Source: Schmidtea nova
Taxonomy: Eukaryota
Assembly: GCA_044892505.1 (NCBI GenBank)
Contig: CM097883.1
Coordinates: 164,920,001 to 164,984,000 of the forward strand
Length of the DNA: 64,000 nt
Reading direction: 5' to 3'
Position 1 is the stretch's first letter. Each line of letters opens with the position of its first letter. The position numbers and the translations under genes were made by a program. Under the pieces are notes generated by a model. It did no database searches and was not told where the DNA came from. It saw only the letters and a list, made by a program, of their open reading frames with translations. This document shows, piece after piece, positions 62,597 through 64,000 of this stretch.

Positions 62597-64000
62597 TGTT
62601 GGGCCAAAACGCAATTTGTTTTAATAAAGCGATAACCCCATAGGTAGAGAACGCGCAGGATTCCATTTTTAACCTTAGCTTCCATTAAAAATCTAACAAT
62701 TAAGTGGGAAAACAGCAAGAGGTGAAGTGAAATCAAAACACATCAACCGGTAGAGTACGCGCTAACTGCAAATTTGTAAGTTTTTCACCGAAATCTCGAG
62801 AAAAAATTAAAAGAAGAATGGTTGAAAGCTAGAATAGGCAAAAGACCCATGGAAAATGCCCATAAAGAACAGAATTTTGTCATAAAATCTTCAGTGCAGA
62901 AAAATTAACAAAATTTTAGAAGAAAATTGTGATTTTATCACAAAATTTCACATTTAACAATAGAAAGAATTAATATTGATCGAAATATCATAAATTAAAC
63001 CAAACCGAACAATTTCGATTTAAAAATAAAGATTTCGAATTAAAATAAATTATTTATGGTTTAAAAAAAATTTATTATACAAAAATATGGAATTAATTTT
63101 CGGAAAATCGTTAGAATTAATTTAGAAAAAATTAAGAGAAAATTCTAGAACAATTTGTTTTATTGCACAACTGAAGATAGCGAAAATTTGATGGTATATA
63201 TACCGCCATCAAAATGGCAGAATTCAGAATTTGTGAAGAATTTGTGGAAAATTTTTCTTGTTAATTTGCGGAGAAATTGCGAAAAATATTTTTTGTGAAA
63301 TCTAACTTGAGAATTTGGTTTCAAGAAGAAAAGTTAATATCAGAATTTGATTTCAAGAAGAACAGTTAATATCAGAATTTGATTTCAAGAAGAAAAGTTA
63401 ATATCAGAATTTGATTTCAAGAAGAAAAGTTGATATCAGAATTTGATTTCAAGAAGTTAATATCCGAAGTTGATTTCAAGAAAATTTGTGGAAAAATCGT
63501 TCCAAATTTCTGAGAAAATAATATTTTGTTGGAAAGAAATCGCAGCAGAGGTTAATTGGAAAAACGTAAGGATTTGTTTGATTTTGGTTATTCTCATTGG
63601 GGATTGGAATGGTCGTCCATCATGCCTGACGATCATTCCATCTCCTTTATTTAATATGTTATTTGTTATTTTATTAATTATGGTAAATTTTATATTATTA
63701 AAGTATTTTAATGATTAGTAGTTTTTTTTTATCATTATCACGAGCCACAAATTCCCAAAATAATTCAGGAGAAATCTCATTGAAATTGGTAAACTAAATA
63801 AAATTATGAAAATAAATAAAATTTTTTTTCTCCCATATCTTCTGACGATCCGTCCAGCATTGCGTTGTGCGGATCTGTTAGTAGCCTGGGTGGATCGTTG
63901 TCTGATTGGTAATCGGCCAGCCCATATTTCCACTTTAAGGTGAGGCTCATACATCCATAATCACGTCATCCCAACTGGGGAATCGTGGTATGGCCAAGAG
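62597..64000. mobile_element. Family E-related terminal arm (subfamily B, copy E9), runs off the window end
   Basis: TGTTGGGCC at 62597, colinear with 8337-9740. Confidence 0.7.
63311..63482. repeat. 32-bp minisatellite, ~5 copies
   Basis: Unit TTTCAAGAAGAAAAGTTAATATCAGAATTTGA. A different ~26-bp repeat sits at the equivalent place in E2 (~9010-9130). Confidence 0.9.

Noticed and set aside
63311-63482. 32-bp repeats as a CRISPR array (also the 140-bp repeats at 1216)
   Set aside because: The units are contiguous with no unique spacers, and the context is eukaryotic with no cas genes.

Overview
AT-rich eukaryotic DNA, probably from an invertebrate animal (inferred from the TE types and a short GT-AG intron). 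No host gene, RNA gene or CRISPR array is recognisable. It is a nested graveyard of mobile and viral sequences, almost all on the minus strand. Known families: a Ty3/Gypsy 5' LTR plus gag, decayed Helitrons, two hAT elements with perfect 8-bp TSDs, a Polinton/Maverick integrase fragment, an intron-containing CRESS-DNA-virus Rep and a parvovirus-type NS1 helicase. From about 40.6 to 61.4 kb there are five ~4.12-kb tandem units, each with an intact RING-HC gene and a 1049-bp LTR. The main unexplained feature is about nine diverged copies or fragments of a 3-4 kb element bounded by TG(T/C)TGG...CCCAACA (called family E here). It has no transposase or RT. Its shared layout is: a CCAAT/TATA promoter wrapped in a co-varying hairpin, one or two small orphan genes (one a coiled-coil protein with an Arg/Lys-rich tail), and a ~110-175-nt nucleotide-conserved motif. 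One copy is joined directly to the CRESS Rep. My best reading is gene-carrying giant solo LTRs with a possible protein/RNA-element pair; this is inference. All comparisons were made by eye and no searches were run.
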